Source: Emiliania huxleyi CCMP1516 (Eukaryota). From it: DNA of 64,000 nucleotides. How positions within the stretch are numbered: position 1 is the stretch's first letter; each line of letters starts with the position of its first letter. This document shows positions 12,211 through 23,895 of this stretch, piece after piece. The stretch covers positions 221,015 through 285,014 of the forward strand of contig NW_005201259.1 in the NCBI RefSeq assembly GCF_000372725.1, in the 5' to 3' direction. A model generated the notes under the pieces. It worked only from the letters and a program-made list of their open reading frames with translations, searched no databases and was not told the origin of the DNA. A program made the position numbers and the translations under genes.

Positions 12211-12655
12211 TCATTTATACCTTAAATTCGCAGCACAACCCGGCTGCTGCACCACCACCCCCTCCCCCACGTTGATCGTGATCTGTGATCTGTAAGCAGT
12301 AAGGGTGCGCGCGCGCGGCATTTTGGAATGGTTGGGTAGTAGGGCGAGAGGGTTGCTCTATACACTTAGTTAGCCTCTGCAGCGAGCGAGCGCTCAACTT
12401 AGCCCCCGCATGGAGCCGGGCTCGGACTTAGACGCTGTATGGTCGGGGGCCATGAACTTAGACGACGATAAGGCCAACTCCGGGTAAAACCCGGGTATAC
12501 CTGAAAAGCTTTCAGGTTTACCCGAAAAATACCTGGACGCGTCCCGACCAACGTATGCCGCGCACGACGCCATATCGCCTTCTCCCAGGGCCAGTGCGCT
12601 ACTTGCGGCGCGCAATTCCTGCGCAAGTACGCGCACCGTACCATGTGCTGCCGCT

Positions 12656-13006
12656 ATGCGTGCCGTAAGGCGGCTGCGGCGAAGCGCGGCGGGCACGGCA
12701 TGCCGATGGCAGTGCGGACGATGCGGTTGCGATGTGTTCTGCTTCAAGATCGTGGCGGTGCTTGGCATGGATATGCACTTCTGCGATCCCAATCAGCTCA
12801 TCGCAACGAAGCAGCGCAACAAGCTGGCTGCTGCCAACAAGGTCCTATGCTTCCTACCTTCACGCGCGGATCGTTCAAAGAGGACCAGCGCATACACAGG
12901 CTTCTCTGACATGCGTTTGTTTGAGCTTGAGGCTGTTTGTGAGAAATGTTTGGCTAGAGATTGCGCTCAAGAAGCAGCAACGAGAATCGGAAGGGGAGGA
13001 TGCTGA
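12656..13006 (+). pseudogene. Possible hAT transposase dimerisation-domain remnant
   Basis: FKIVAVL...QLIATKQRNKLAAANKVL resembles the hAT C-terminal I.TK.RN.L motif; flanked by repeated CTTAGAC motifs (12427, 12457, 13172, 13208, 13239). Confidence 0.3.
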
Positions 13007-14749
13007 GGCGGCGATTGCTGAGGCATGAGGAGGATCGATCCGGATTTTAGTAGGCGCCCGCCGCAGGCGAAGAAAATTTGGGCGGAGAGCGCCTTTTCGA
13101 TCACGGTGGGAGCCTCTTGGCCCCAGGCCGTGCCACGGCCGACTTAGCCGATGTAAGAGGCTCCCGCTGATCTTAGACCGCGCAAGCACCCCAGCGTGCA
13201 CGTGCACACTTAGACCCGCTAGGCGTCGAGGCTCAGAACTTAGACTACTACCCAACCAGTCATTTTGGTATACCGAGGCGGGCGGTGCGCCGGTGCCGAA
13301 CACCTGTTGATCGTTGTTGATCCTCGCGCGCCGGCTTTATTGAGCTCTAACAACTTCCTACAGGAAACGTGTAGACATGGCACATGCACGAAGTCACACA
13401 TCGAAAAGAAGACAAGGTTTCTGTACATGGAAGCCCTGTGCACTGCGCAATTGTTACAGGGAGAATTTTGGGCATCGCTCTGAGTGAACTCTCGCCAAGA
13501 TGAGAGGGCCGCGCGCACAACGCTAATCCCTCGACGGCAGTTCGCCCGCGTCCGCCGTCTGCGAGGCGCTTTGCCGGCGCACACGCTGCAAGCGCTGCTG
13601 GACGCGGTCATTCCGATCGTCGTCCTGCTCGAGCGCACCTTTCTCAGCCAGGAGGGTGGGGCGGTTGATGTCTATTTGCCAGGCGCCCGGGACCGCCACA
13701 GTCGCATCCTTTGGCCACGGACACGGGCGATTCATGATATCATGCTGCGCATACGGCTCGGCTCCGCCCTCAAACGGGCCGACGCACCACTCCTGCCGCA
13801 CCAGCCTGACCGCCCGCTTGGGACAGCCGCACAGCTTGAACAGGTCTTCGACTTGCGATGCCCAGTTGCGAAACTGCGTCGGGGGTAGACCTATGGGACG
13901 CATATTCTCATCAAGAGGCGAGAATCTGCCGCGGGCTCTCACCGATAAGCTCTCTCTCACCGATGAGATTCAGGGTCTCATAAGATTCCTTCAGGTTGTT
14001 CCATTGTGTCACCGAGGTACCTTCTGAAGACGCGCTGCTCTCACATGAAGCTGATGGCGCAGCTGCCGACGCCGCTGCGGCCGACGCGAGGGCGTCTGAG
14101 AAGAGCTCCAACACACGGTGGCCCCGGTGGACGGGACACTGCGACACTTTTTCCTTGAACGACTCCCACACCGCATCAACTTCCTTCTTGTTCGACTTGC
14201 TCTGTGGACTGCCACTGTGCTTCTTCTTGCCAAAGAGGAAGTGCTCCAAGAGGCGCATGCGTCCGTCCAAGCCAACCGTTTTGCGGTCGCCGCAGCCTCA
14301 GTCGCCACCGGCTCCAAACAATACTGGCCGCGTCGGCCGTCCTGAATCGTGCGGGTGTGTTTACAGCTGTTCTGTCTCGAGGTCTCCGGGCGGGGGGGGG
14401 GGGGGGGGGGGCCCCAGGGTTCCCCCCAAAAAATTTAAAAAGGCCCCCGGGGGGGGGGGGGGGGAACCCCCCCCCCCTCTTTTTTTTTTTTTTCTCCCCC
14501 GCCTCGCATGTACGTAATACCTAAATCCTAATAGGATTACTTGATACTTCTCTACGTACTACTACTAGCTACTACGATTCGCGCGATTGGGAGCCCGTGT
14601 CTTTTGCGATGTTCGCTCTTCTTTATGCTTAGCAAACTATCATCATCATGCGCAATTCATGCGTTTGGCCAAATGCAATGGTCCCCAGCGCAAGATCTTA
14701 ACTGGGGCGCGTCCGTCCCGACTCATGCGCGCGTGCTCGCCGGCACACC

Positions 14750-17700
14750 CTATTCAGCCGCGCCATTCGCGGGCGGGCACTCCGGCGCGCGAAGCACCTC
14801 GTGGCGCGAGCACTCGCAGCCGCACCGCACGCATAGCATCGCGAGTGACGGCGCGTGCGCCAGGTGCGTCGCGGGGAGGTAGCCGGAGCAACCAACAGTG
14901 TCGAGGCACTGGCCACGGAGCACGCCCGCGTAATCGAGCTGCGGCCCCGACCCGTCCGCCTCGGCTGGCGGCCACGGCAAGGCCGCCTGACGAAACGCCT
15001 CCTCGAGCTGCCCAAGCGCCTTCGTGCGCTCCCGCTCAACCTTTCGCGCCCGCTGCGCCGCCGTCACGCGCGCCTCGCGCTCGCGCGCCTCGAGCTGGCC
15101 AATCTTGTGGGGCGCAGCCGAGCCGAGGGCCGGCCAGAGCGCCGCGCCGCGCGCCGGGTGCACCGCGGCCGCGGTGCCGGGCGGAAGGCCGATGGCGCAA
15201 AAGCCGAGGCTGCAGTCTTGGCCGGCGGAGCGCGCTGCGGCCCCTCTCAAGCGGCGCCACGAAACGCGGTGGCGGGCGGCGGGCGGCTTCACGGGCGGGA
15301 GGCCGACGATGTACGGGAGCAAGCGCGGCCACTTGGTGCACGCCGCCGTCTCCGCGTCCGCCTCGTTGCCCGCGCGGCCAAGCAGGGGGCACGCGTGGTC
15401 GAGGGCGATCACAACGCCGCCGGCGCAGTGGCAGCGGTACAGCGCGCGAAGGGCGTCATGCGCGAGGAGCGCGCGCGCTGCCGCGACGCCGCCATCGAGG
15501 TACTCCCGCTCGGCCCGCGCCCACGCCACCTTCTTCTCCTCTCGCACGACTTCGTCTTCCTCCGACTCGGCCTCGGCAGCGGCCGCGACCGACGAGGAGG
15601 CAGCCACCGACAGCAGGGGGCCGCTCGTCCCGTGCAGCCGCGCGTAGCCGCGCCTGGCCGACGGGGGGAGGGGGGGGGGGGGGTTGAGGCGTGCCGCGCT
15701 CCTTGACGGGGGCTGGCCACGCCTCTCGACACTTCACGGCCGAGGGACGCCGCCGCGGGGCGGGCCCGGCGCGCACCCGTCCGAGAGCTGCACCCAGCCA
15801 CCTTTGGGCCCGGCGGCACTGCCGGAGACGACGGCGCCCGCGCGCAGCACGCCTGTGACGGCCGCCTCGCTGGACGGGTCCGCGCGGCAGCGCACGCCCG
15901 GCGCGTGCACGACTCGGTACTCCTTCGCCCCGCCGTCGCCGTCGCTGTCAACCTCGCCGCCGGGCGGGGGATCGTACAGCACATGCTCGCGGGGCTGCGG
16001 CACGAGCTTGCCGACGCGCGCGTCGAAGACGGTAGCCGGCGGCGCCGTGCGCGCGGCGTGCACCGCCTCGATAATGACCACCGCCGCCGCCTCCACCTCC
16101 TCCTCCTCGTCGGGCAGCAGCGGCATCTCCGTGTCCCCCACGGCGTGCACGGTCCGCCAGCGCATCTGCGGCAGCATGCGCCGCCACGCAGAGACAGCCT
16201 GCTCTGCACATGCCGACGGCGCCACCAGCTCGCTGCCCGCCTCGCCGCCGACGACTAGCAGCACGCCCGAGAGCGCCACGCTCGCCGGAGGCAGCGGCGG
16301 CGGCGGGCGGCGGGCACTCTCGCGCTGCGAGGCAGCGACGGCCTCGGCCGCCGCCTCGGGCGCAAAACCGACGGCGGCGAGGGCGGCGGCCGAGGGCGGC
16401 GGCGGCGGGGCGGCGGCGGCAGCGGCAGCGCGGGCGGCGGCGATGCGTCGCTCCGCGAGCGTGCCGACGACCGCCGGGAGGAGCGTGTTTTTGAGGAGGG
16501 CGCTGAGTGGCCGCGCCGGCAGCGTGCGCTCGCCCGTGCCGTCGCCGACCGAAGTAAGGAGCGCGAGGGGCGGCTGGAAGAAGCTCCCGGGCGGGAGGGC
16601 AGCGCGCAGCGGCCGCTCCGGCGGCGAGATGCGAAATTTGACGACGAGGTCCCCGCGCTCTGCGCTCTGGTACGCCTCGGCCTCCTCCTTGGCGAGGACA
16701 GCCACCTGCTCGCAGCCGTCCGGCTGAAGACGCGCTGCCCCAACGCCTCACCGCCTCCTCCGAGGTCGCTGCCGTCTTTGCCACGTGCGCCTTGCCGTAC
16801 TGCAGCTCCTGCTCCTTGTCGTCGACCTCGCCTGCGCGGGCCGGACGAGAGCAGCGAGTGGGCGGTGAGCGACGGGGAGGCGACCCCGCAGCGCCAAGCG
16901 ACGGGTCTAGGACGGGTCTGCGACGCGGCGGGCAGAGACGCCACCTCGGCCGCGTCGCGCGTCCTCGCCCGCAGCGAGCAGCGGCACGCCCTTGCCGTGC
17001 ACGAGCGCCTCGCCCCAGCCGGAGCGGTCGAAGCCGAGCGCCGCGGCAAGACAGTTGCCCACCGCCACGCGCTGCCCGTAGTTGCCCTCGGCGCGCTTCA
17101 CTGGCCTGGCGCACGGCTGCAGGGTGAATTGGGGAAGGGTCTCCTGCAGTGTGCTCGGCGCACCATGAGCACAAGGGTGCTACGGCGTGGTACTCGCACA
17201 GCACTCCGCATCTAGTGTGCCCGCGCCCCTGCCAGTTGCGGTCGAGCTCGAGCGTCGGCACCAGAGCAGCGAAGAGGAGCGAGCGGGCCGGCGTCGGCGC
17301 CTCGTGCCTGTACCAGAGGTCGACGCCGATGCGCTCGTACACGTCGTGCGGCATCTGCGGGGAGGGCACGCGGTGGTGAGGGGGCGGGAGGGAGGGGGGG
17401 GGGAGGGAGGGGAAGGGAGGGGAGGGGAGGGGAGGGAGGGGGAGGGAGGCAGGGAGCGGGAGGGGAGGGGGAGGGAGGCAAGGTGCTGGGAAGGTGAGAG
17501 GAGCCGCGCCTGCTGCGTGACAAAGACGAGGTCAGACTTGCCCGCCTGGCAGGAAGGAAGACTCACTCTCACGCTACGCAGTGAGCTCTACCGAGGCGGG
17601 GTCCGACTGGCCGCGCCGTGGACACAGCGCCCTTCTCCTTGAACCAGAAGGTGGCGCCTGGCGTCTCGCCCGGCCTCACCTTGAGCGAGAAGACTTAATA

Positions 17701-18676
17701 ATGAATAATTAATACTCTATTCATTAATTGATAAGTCTCGCCCGGCCTCACCTTGAGCGAGAAGACTTAATAATGAATAATTAATACTCTATTCATTAAT
17801 TGATAAGTCTCGCCCGGCCTCACCTTGAGCGAGAAGACGTCGTCCTCGCGCCGCTCCCACTTGGTGCCCACAAACATGTCCCGCATGTACCGCTGGTACT
17901 TGAGGCAGCCGCAAAACATCTCCTCGAGCGTGAGCGGCACCTGCGCCGGCAGCTCTTCGCCGTCAGAGGATGCCTCCTCTCCCCCTCTCTCCCGCAGGGC
18001 GCTGCACAGCCCTCAACCCTCTGCACCGCTGCAACCGTGCGAGGAGCGTCGGGTGTGCCTGGGGCGGAGAGCCGGAGGCGGCGGGACGGCGACTCACATC
18101 GATGCACGAGGGCGGCGGCTTGGTCGCCTCGTCCGTGACGACGACGCCCGCCTCGTACTGCGCCTCGAGCCGGTCGCGGGCCTTGTCGTACGCCTGTCGC
18201 GTCGCCGGCTCCGAGAGTACCGCAAAGGCGTCCTTGATGCGGTGCAGCTCGGACTCGGCCTCGAGTCGCTCTTGCGCCGGCCGAGAGACCATCTTGTCGG
18301 GATGTAGCCGGAGCGAGGCCTTCTTGTACGCGTCCTTGAGCTCCGACGGAGGGCAGTACTGCTCCACGCCGAGCTCCGCATAGTAGTCGCGGAACTTGGA
18401 AAAGGGCAGCATCTTAGACCTGTCGAAGTCGACGGCGGTCTCCTTGAAGGTCGGGTCGCGCCGCCGCCGCTCGTCCATGCGACGCTTGATCTTGTCCAGC
18501 TCGGCCGCCATCGCCGCGCGCTGCCGCTCCTGAGCCTCGGCGCTCAGTGTGATGGGCGCAGCACCAGGCTTGTTGCAATCCAACACCTTTGGCACGACCT
18601 TCGAGCGGAGCTCGGCCCGCGCAGCCTCGCGGGCCACGGCGGGGTCGTACGCAACGAGGTTGTTGCGGGAGGCCAT
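14750..18676 (-). CDS. Multidomain DnaJ/Hsp40 protein (J domain, DnaJ C-terminal domain, SH3-like segment, Cys-rich C-terminus), multi-exon; 5' end may lie further upstream
   Basis: DYYAELGV...LKDAYKKASLRLHPDK...AFAVLSEPATRQAYD; VPLTLEEMFCGC; VRPGETPGATFWFKEKG; SDLVFV; PHDVYERIGVDL; GKGVP; RGDLVVKFRI. Confidence 0.85.
17663..17838. repeat. 72-bp period repeat (32-bp exon-junction copy x3 plus identical 40-bp AT-rich spacer x2) forming a predicted 144-nt intron, 17680-17823
   Basis: gtctcgcccggcctcaccttgagcgagaagac at 17663, 17735 and 17807. Confidence 0.92.
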
Positions 18677-18861
18677 CGCGTACGCGGCGATGAGCGCGGG
18701 CTGCTCGGCGGAGACTACTCTAGTAGGGGCCGGGCGCTGGAGCGTCGGCGGTACACCTGTGCAGATGTTGCCTTATGGCCCAACCCTAGCGCGAGCTGTG
18801 GGGAGGCCGAAGAGAATCGCGACCCCGCTTTTCTTTTCGTCGTATTTGGCTCAAACACAAC

Positions 18862-18995
18862 TCTCTTACGTACATACTATTACGACTCTGGGTTTGCGAT
18901 GAGGAACCCCGACGGGTTTCTCGGAGGTTAGTGCACACTAACCGCCGAAGCGCATGCGCTTGGAGAAGAGAACTGCGACGGATCGGTCTCATACT
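18862..18995 (+). repeat. Hairpin-rich dispersed repeat, short copy
   Basis: ctcttacgtacat...gggtttgcgatgaggaac...tttctcggaggttagtgcacactaaccgccgaagcgc...gaactgcgacggatcggtctcatacta, shared with 23190-23340 and inverted 39720-39875. Confidence 0.85.
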
Positions 18996-19555
18996 ATTTC
19001 ACAGGTTGGCCTGCTCACAGTGTTTGCGACGAAAGAATTTAACTCAGCGAAAGAATTCGACGGTGCAACCCTCTCGGGACACTAGGGGGTGGTGTCAGAG
19101 GGGGGCGGCGGGGGGTGAGGCAAGCGGGCCCAGATCTGCTCGTCTTAGAGGGTACCCTCTGTGCCAAGAGAGGCCATCCACGAGCGGCTCAGAGGGTGCC
19201 TGGGCCGACCCTCTGAAGGCCTGTGCCGCCAAGCCAGCCTCTCTCGGCGCAGCCTCCTCTGAGGCTACGGGGACCCTCTGTGACGCCAAGGCAAGCCCCG
19301 CGAGGCCGCTCCTCAGAGGGGTTTTCAGGCATTTCAAGGCTCTCTCGTCCAAACAACCAGGGGGGGGGGGGGGGATTTCTGCGCCACCTCTCCCCTCTGG
19401 CCGTGAGGGGGGGCCACCCTCTGAGGTCAAAGCCCTCTGTGCCGCCCAAGACGGACTATCCAGGGACCCTCTGAGGCCAAAAGCAGCCAAGAGAGGCCAT
19501 AGAGGCGGCACAGAGTCAGAGTCAAACCCTCTGTGCCGCCAAGGACGCCTGACAG

Positions 19556-20083
19556 ATGGCTCCGAGCGATCCGACACAACAGCAGCCGAGCGGCAGCGCG
19601 AGTGCCAAGCGAAAGCGCGTGCCGAGCGGCAAGGCGGCCCGGCGGAGGGGCACTGTCGTGGCTGCGGCGTCAAAGGACGAGGAGCGGCAGCAGGTCCGCT
19701 CACGCGTGGACGAGGTGCTGGCTTCGCCGCTCTCGGCATTTGCGCTGTTCGCCTTTGCGCAGCGCGCGGCGGTCAAGCGGGGAAAGCCGAGCATCACGGT
19801 GCGCGAATTGGTCAAGACGGTCGGCGAGCGCTGGCTGCTGCTGAGTGAGGAAGAGCAGCGGGGCTATCACGACATGGCGCGGACTGGCGCTGCGATGGGT
19901 CCGATGGTGGCATTCGGCGCAGATCTTTCGCCGCAGGGCACACCCCTCGTGGCCACTCCAGAAAGCAAAGCCGAGACGCCTCGCGGTGCGGAGCGAGGCC
20001 AGCAGCAGCGTGAGGGAGCGACGGGAAGGGGGGCAGTGGGCGTCATATCCGACGTCGAGGCGTGCAAGGAGATGCTCCTCTAG
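19556..20083 (+). CDS. HMG-box protein (possibly partial or TE-captured)
   Basis: PLSAFALFAFAQRAAVKRGKPSITVRELVKTVGERWLLLSEEEQRGYHDMA fits the HMG-box consensus. Confidence 0.65.
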   Translation: MAPSDPTQQQPSGSASAKRKRVPSGKAARRRGTVVAAASKDEERQQVRSRVDEVLASPLSAFALFAFAQRAAVKRGKPSITVRELVKTVGERWLLLSEEEQRGYHDMARTGAAMGPMVAFGADLSPQGTPLVATPESKAETPRGAERGQQQREGATGRGAVGVISDVEACKEMLL

Positions 20084-21564
20084 CGAGAAGTACACGTGTC
20101 TGTCTCAATTTTGGATGAAATGATGGGTGTAAAACAACACGAATACCCGCGCGGCGGGCTGATTGGTCGCCATGTTGGTCGCGTCCCGCTCCCCGACCGA
20201 CCACGCCCTCCGCCCCGAACGACCACTGCCGCTCCAGCCCCTCGTGTGTCGTGTCGAGTTCGGAGTTGCCGGCGCCGCTCCCCCCGCGCGCCTTTTTTGT
20301 CCATTGGTTATCACTTGATTGCCTCGCGCGCGGGCGGCGACGATTTTCGGCCGTTCACCGTCAGGCTTGGTGACGGCGAATCGCTTTTGCAGTCGCGACC
20401 GCTCGGGCAGCTTCAGTTTCACGCTGACGCCAAAATGGTTTGGCTTATTCGCCGGTTTCACTGGCTTCGAGCTCTGACGTCTGAGAGACACCCGGCATGC
20501 GTTCCAGATTGGCGAGTAACTCGGCAAAGTCGATGGACGCCATCTGCTCATCGAACGTCGCCTCCTCGCTGCTATCGTCGCTACTCGCCATCGCGCAGCG
20601 TTCACGCCCGCTGTGCTGGGCAACCAAAAACTTGTTCGCGCAAAATGGTACCTCGAGCTACGGGAGAACATGAACTTCGATGGTCCTTCGAAAAATAAAG
20701 CTTCGAGAGAGCTCGCTGAGAGCTTTCACATGGTGTGCGAGCCGTTTTCTGGCTCCTACGGGAAGGCTATTCCGACATTTACATTTCCATCCGTTTGTTG
20801 GTCACCATGACCTCAGGAGGCTCAGCCAGACAGAGCCTACGTACTTTTAGCTTACTGGGAGAAAAGGGCTTTCTTCTCCGGCCCTCCTGCCCCTCTCTTG
20901 GCTTTTTTTTGCCCTTGCGCCTTGGCTCGGCTCGCCCGCTCGGCTCGCTCCGCTCGTTCACCGCCGGGGCGGGCGCCTGGCGGCTCCGCGGAGCTCCTTT
21001 GCGCTTTGGCTCGGCGCGGGCGGGGGCGCGAGTAAAAAGAAATTTAGGGCAAACTCCTACGCCGCGCCTGCGCTCGGCGAAGGCCGCGAAAAATTCGAGG
21101 GTGCGAAATCGCTGCTGCGTGGGGACGCGGGTAGCTCGCGAGAAAAGCCGTTCAAGCCCGGCCATCCGCCATCCTCACCCCCGCCCCCCCCAAGCAGCTG
21201 CGGCCGCAATCATGCGATGGCTCCGGCTCTAATGGTGATGCACCGGTGAATTAAATGTGTGTGCGGGTTCATAGCGGTTTTACCATAAATGACCACACAA
21301 GACTCAAGAGCGGGCTGCGGGGGACGGAACGAGACGCAAGACGCATGACACCCGAAAAGATTTTCGCTTTTCGGTGCGGTATGTGTATAAAGAGCATGAT
21401 AAAGAGTGAGTGCAGTGTGGCAGTCGATCGGACAGGGAGGGACGTGTTCGAGGTGGGGCTAATGAACAGAGTCAGAGAAAGGACGATACTGATGACACAC
21501 ACAGCAAAAACTGACGACCTCGCGTGGAGCCGGAGGTGGGCGGCGTACGCACCAACACAGCCTG

Positions 21565-23112
21565 TCAGGCGCCAGCCGCTGCCGCCGCCGGCGTGAACTT
21601 GATCCACTGAAGCTCCGAGAACGTCCTCACCTTGAAGCGCCAGAGTTCTGAGAAGAAGCTCTGGACCGTTCCCCACGGCTGCGCCCCGCCCAGCTTCGGG
21701 AAGCGCCCCCTGTTGCGCGTCACGTATCCAGAGCTGAGGTTGAAGGGGACAGCCTGCGACTCCTCGACCCCATCCGCGCAGGGGCACAGCATGCCCATGC
21801 CGTGCCGCCCAAGGTAGTTGATCATGTCACAAAAGTAGCGCGCCATCATGTCAGCTCTCAGCGTCCAGGACGCGTTGGTGTAGCCCAAGATGTAGAAGAG
21901 GTTCGGCACGCCCGAGAGCATGCAGCCGCGGAAGACGAAGTGATTTGGCGCGTCGTACGGCACCCCGTCGACGCTCACCTTCATGGTGCTCATCGGGAAG
22001 TTGTGCTGCAGAGTCAGGCCCGTGGCGGAGACGACGATGTCGGCCTCAAGCACTTCGCCCCCGCCGGTGCAGACGCCGCTCTCCACAAACCTGGCCACGT
22101 GGTCGGTCACCACGCTAGCCCTGCCCGTGCGGAGGGCGGCAAACAAGCTGCCGTCAGGGTCGAGGCACAGGCGCTGGTCCCAGACGCCGTACGAGGGAGA
22201 GAAGTGCGTGTCGGCGTCGACGTGATCCGGGCAGAGCTTGCGAGCCTCGGCGATGAACCGTTGCTTGGCGGCCGCCCTGAACCACTGCGCGTAGGCGTAC
22301 ACGACCGCGCCCTGCAGAATGGTCAGCCACTTCTGCAAAAAGTAGCCGATGCGTGCGCCAAAGAGCCGCTCCAACACGGAAAGCGCTCGGTCCTTCTTGT
22401 GCTTCGGAGCGACATAGTAGTAGCTCGGTGAGCGCTGTAGCATGACGACGCTCGTTGCGCCGCTGTCGATGAGGGCGGGCACCATGGTCACGGCCGTGGC
22501 TCCCGATCCGATCACGATCACTCGCTTGCCCGCGACGTCGAGCGACTCTGGCCACTGCTGAGAGTGCACAAAGGTGCCTTGAAAGCGGTCGGAGCCATCA
22601 AAGGCGGGCATGTGCGGCTTTTCGTACTGGTAGTAGCCTGTCGTCAGGATCAGGAAGCGGCAAACGATCGTCCCGCCAGCGCCCGTGGTCACGGTCCAGC
22701 GCTGCGTGGCGCTGGAAAACGAGGCCGAGACGACGTCGGTGTTCAGTCGGATGTGCTGGCGCAGGCCATGCTCGTCGACAGCGTCGTCGAGGTACTGGCA
22801 GATATCCTTGGCCGGCGCAACGATGTTGTCGCTCTCCCAGCGCTTCCAGCCGAATCCGAAGGAGAACACGTCCGAGTCGGTGCGAATGCCCGGGTACTTG
22901 AAGAAGCTCCACGTGCCGCCGAGTTTGGCACGGCGCTCAAGGACCGCAAACGTCGTGCCCCGGCAGTGCTTGGAGATGTGGTAGGCGGCACTGATGCCAG
23001 AGATCCCGCAGCCGACGACGAGGACGTCGATCTTCTCCATCGAGTCGGGTGACAATGAAGCCATCGAGTCGGGTGATGCCAGAGATGTCGACATGGCTTC
23101 GATCTTCTCCAT
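21565..23112 (-). CDS. FAD-containing Baeyer-Villiger monooxygenase, EthA-like, intronless (start at 23112 or 23040)
   Basis: DVLVVGCGISG (Rossmann 1), GGTWSFFKYPGIRTDSD, FQGTFVHSQQWP (BVMO fingerprint FxGxxxHxxxWP), VIVIGSGATAVT, LQRSPSY, WDQRLCL, GYTNASWTLRAD. Confidence 0.93.
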   Translation of the reverse strand: MEKIEAMSTSLASPDSMASLSPDSMEKIDVLVVGCGISGISAAYHISKHCRGTTFAVLERRAKLGGTWSFFKYPGIRTDSDVFSFGFGWKRWESDNIVAPAKDICQYLDDAVDEHGLRQHIRLNTDVVSASFSSATQRWTVTTGAGGTIVCRFLILTTGYYQYEKPHMPAFDGSDRFQGTFVHSQQWPESLDVAGKRVIVIGSGATAVTMVPALIDSGATSVVMLQRSPSYYYVAPKHKKDRALSVLERLFGARIGYFLQKWLTILQGAVVYAYAQWFRAAAKQRFIAEARKLCPDHVDADTHFSPSYGVWDQRLCLDPDGSLFAALRTGRASVVTDHVARFVESGVCTGGGEVLEADIVVSATGLTLQHNFPMSTMKVSVDGVPYDAPNHFVFRGCMLSGVPNLFYILGYTNASWTLRADMMARYFCDMINYLGRHGMGMLCPCADGVEESQAVPFNLSSGYVTRNRGRFPKLGGAQPWGTVQSFFSELWRFKVRTFSELQWIKFTPAAAAAGA

Positions 23113-23188
23113 CGAGTGACAATTTCGAGGTGGCTCGAGCGGCAACGAGGACGGCGTTCCGACTTTTGCTCCTTGTGTTTCTTTTTCA

Positions 23189-23895
23189 GTGTAACGTCCT
23201 TCCCCGTAGGAGGACTCTGCTGACAGGGTTTGCGATGAGGAACGACCCGAAGGGTTTCTCGGAGGTTAGTGCACCACTAACCGCCGAAGCGCAAGCGCTT
23301 GGAGCAAGAGAACTGCGACGGATCGGTCTCATACTAGCACCCCACCTCGCGAGCCGACGTTCTGGCTCAGCGAGGTTGCTGCGGAGCACTCGCGGACCGG
23401 TTCTTCTGGCCCGGCGAGGCCGCTGCGGGGCACCCGGCGGCTCGGGTCACTTCTCAGCGCAAACTCAGTCGAGCAGGAGAGGTAAGGTGTGTGTGTGTAA
23501 AGGCGGCGCGGCACGGTAAGGGTCGGTGGTAAGGCAGAGCGGCGGCAACAGACGGCAGGCAGGGCATCGGACGACGGGACAAACGGCACGGCGGGCGCGG
23601 CACTGTAGGAGCGTATGGCGGCACGGTGGTAACGGACGGCAGGGGGGACGGCGGGCTAAACGGCAAGGGCGGCGCGGCACGGAGGAAGGAGTGGCACGGT
23701 AAGGAGCGGCGACACGACGGCAGACCACGGCAGCGAACGGCGGAGCATTGGGCGGCGGGAAAACGGCTGTGGGCGGGGCGGGAGGGTGAGGCGAGGTGGC
23801 GGCGGTGGATCACGAGGAAGTAGAAGGTCGAGCGCGAGCGTGCGAGCGAGCGGCGAGCGAGCGGCTAGGCGGCGGGAGGGTGAGGCGAGGGTGGT
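23189..23895 (+). repeat. ~0.7 kb dispersed repeat (candidate solo LTR); inverted copy at ~39215-39875
   Basis: Continuous similarity from ggaggactctgctgacagggtttgcgatgagg through the CGGCACGG-rich tract to ggatcacgaggaagtagaaggtc. Confidence 0.85.

Noticed and set aside
14391..14500. Homopolymer-rich G/C/A/T tract as a regulatory or G4 element
   Set aside because: Consecutive inflated homopolymers look like low-quality read or assembly sequence; it needs raw reads before any interpretation.
17663..17838. CRISPR-like array (32-bp repeats, 40-bp spacers)
   Set aside because: The spacers are identical, the repeat is DnaJ coding sequence, the context is eukaryotic and there are no cas genes.
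20613..20810. BAH-domain-like fragment (VRAKWYL...RELAESFH)
   Set aside because: Too short and degenerate to support without a profile search.
23215..23340. Hammerhead ribozyme or snRNA/snoRNA
   Set aside because: No CUGANGA/GAAA core and no recognisable U-snRNA or box C/D pairing; kept only as a structured repeat.
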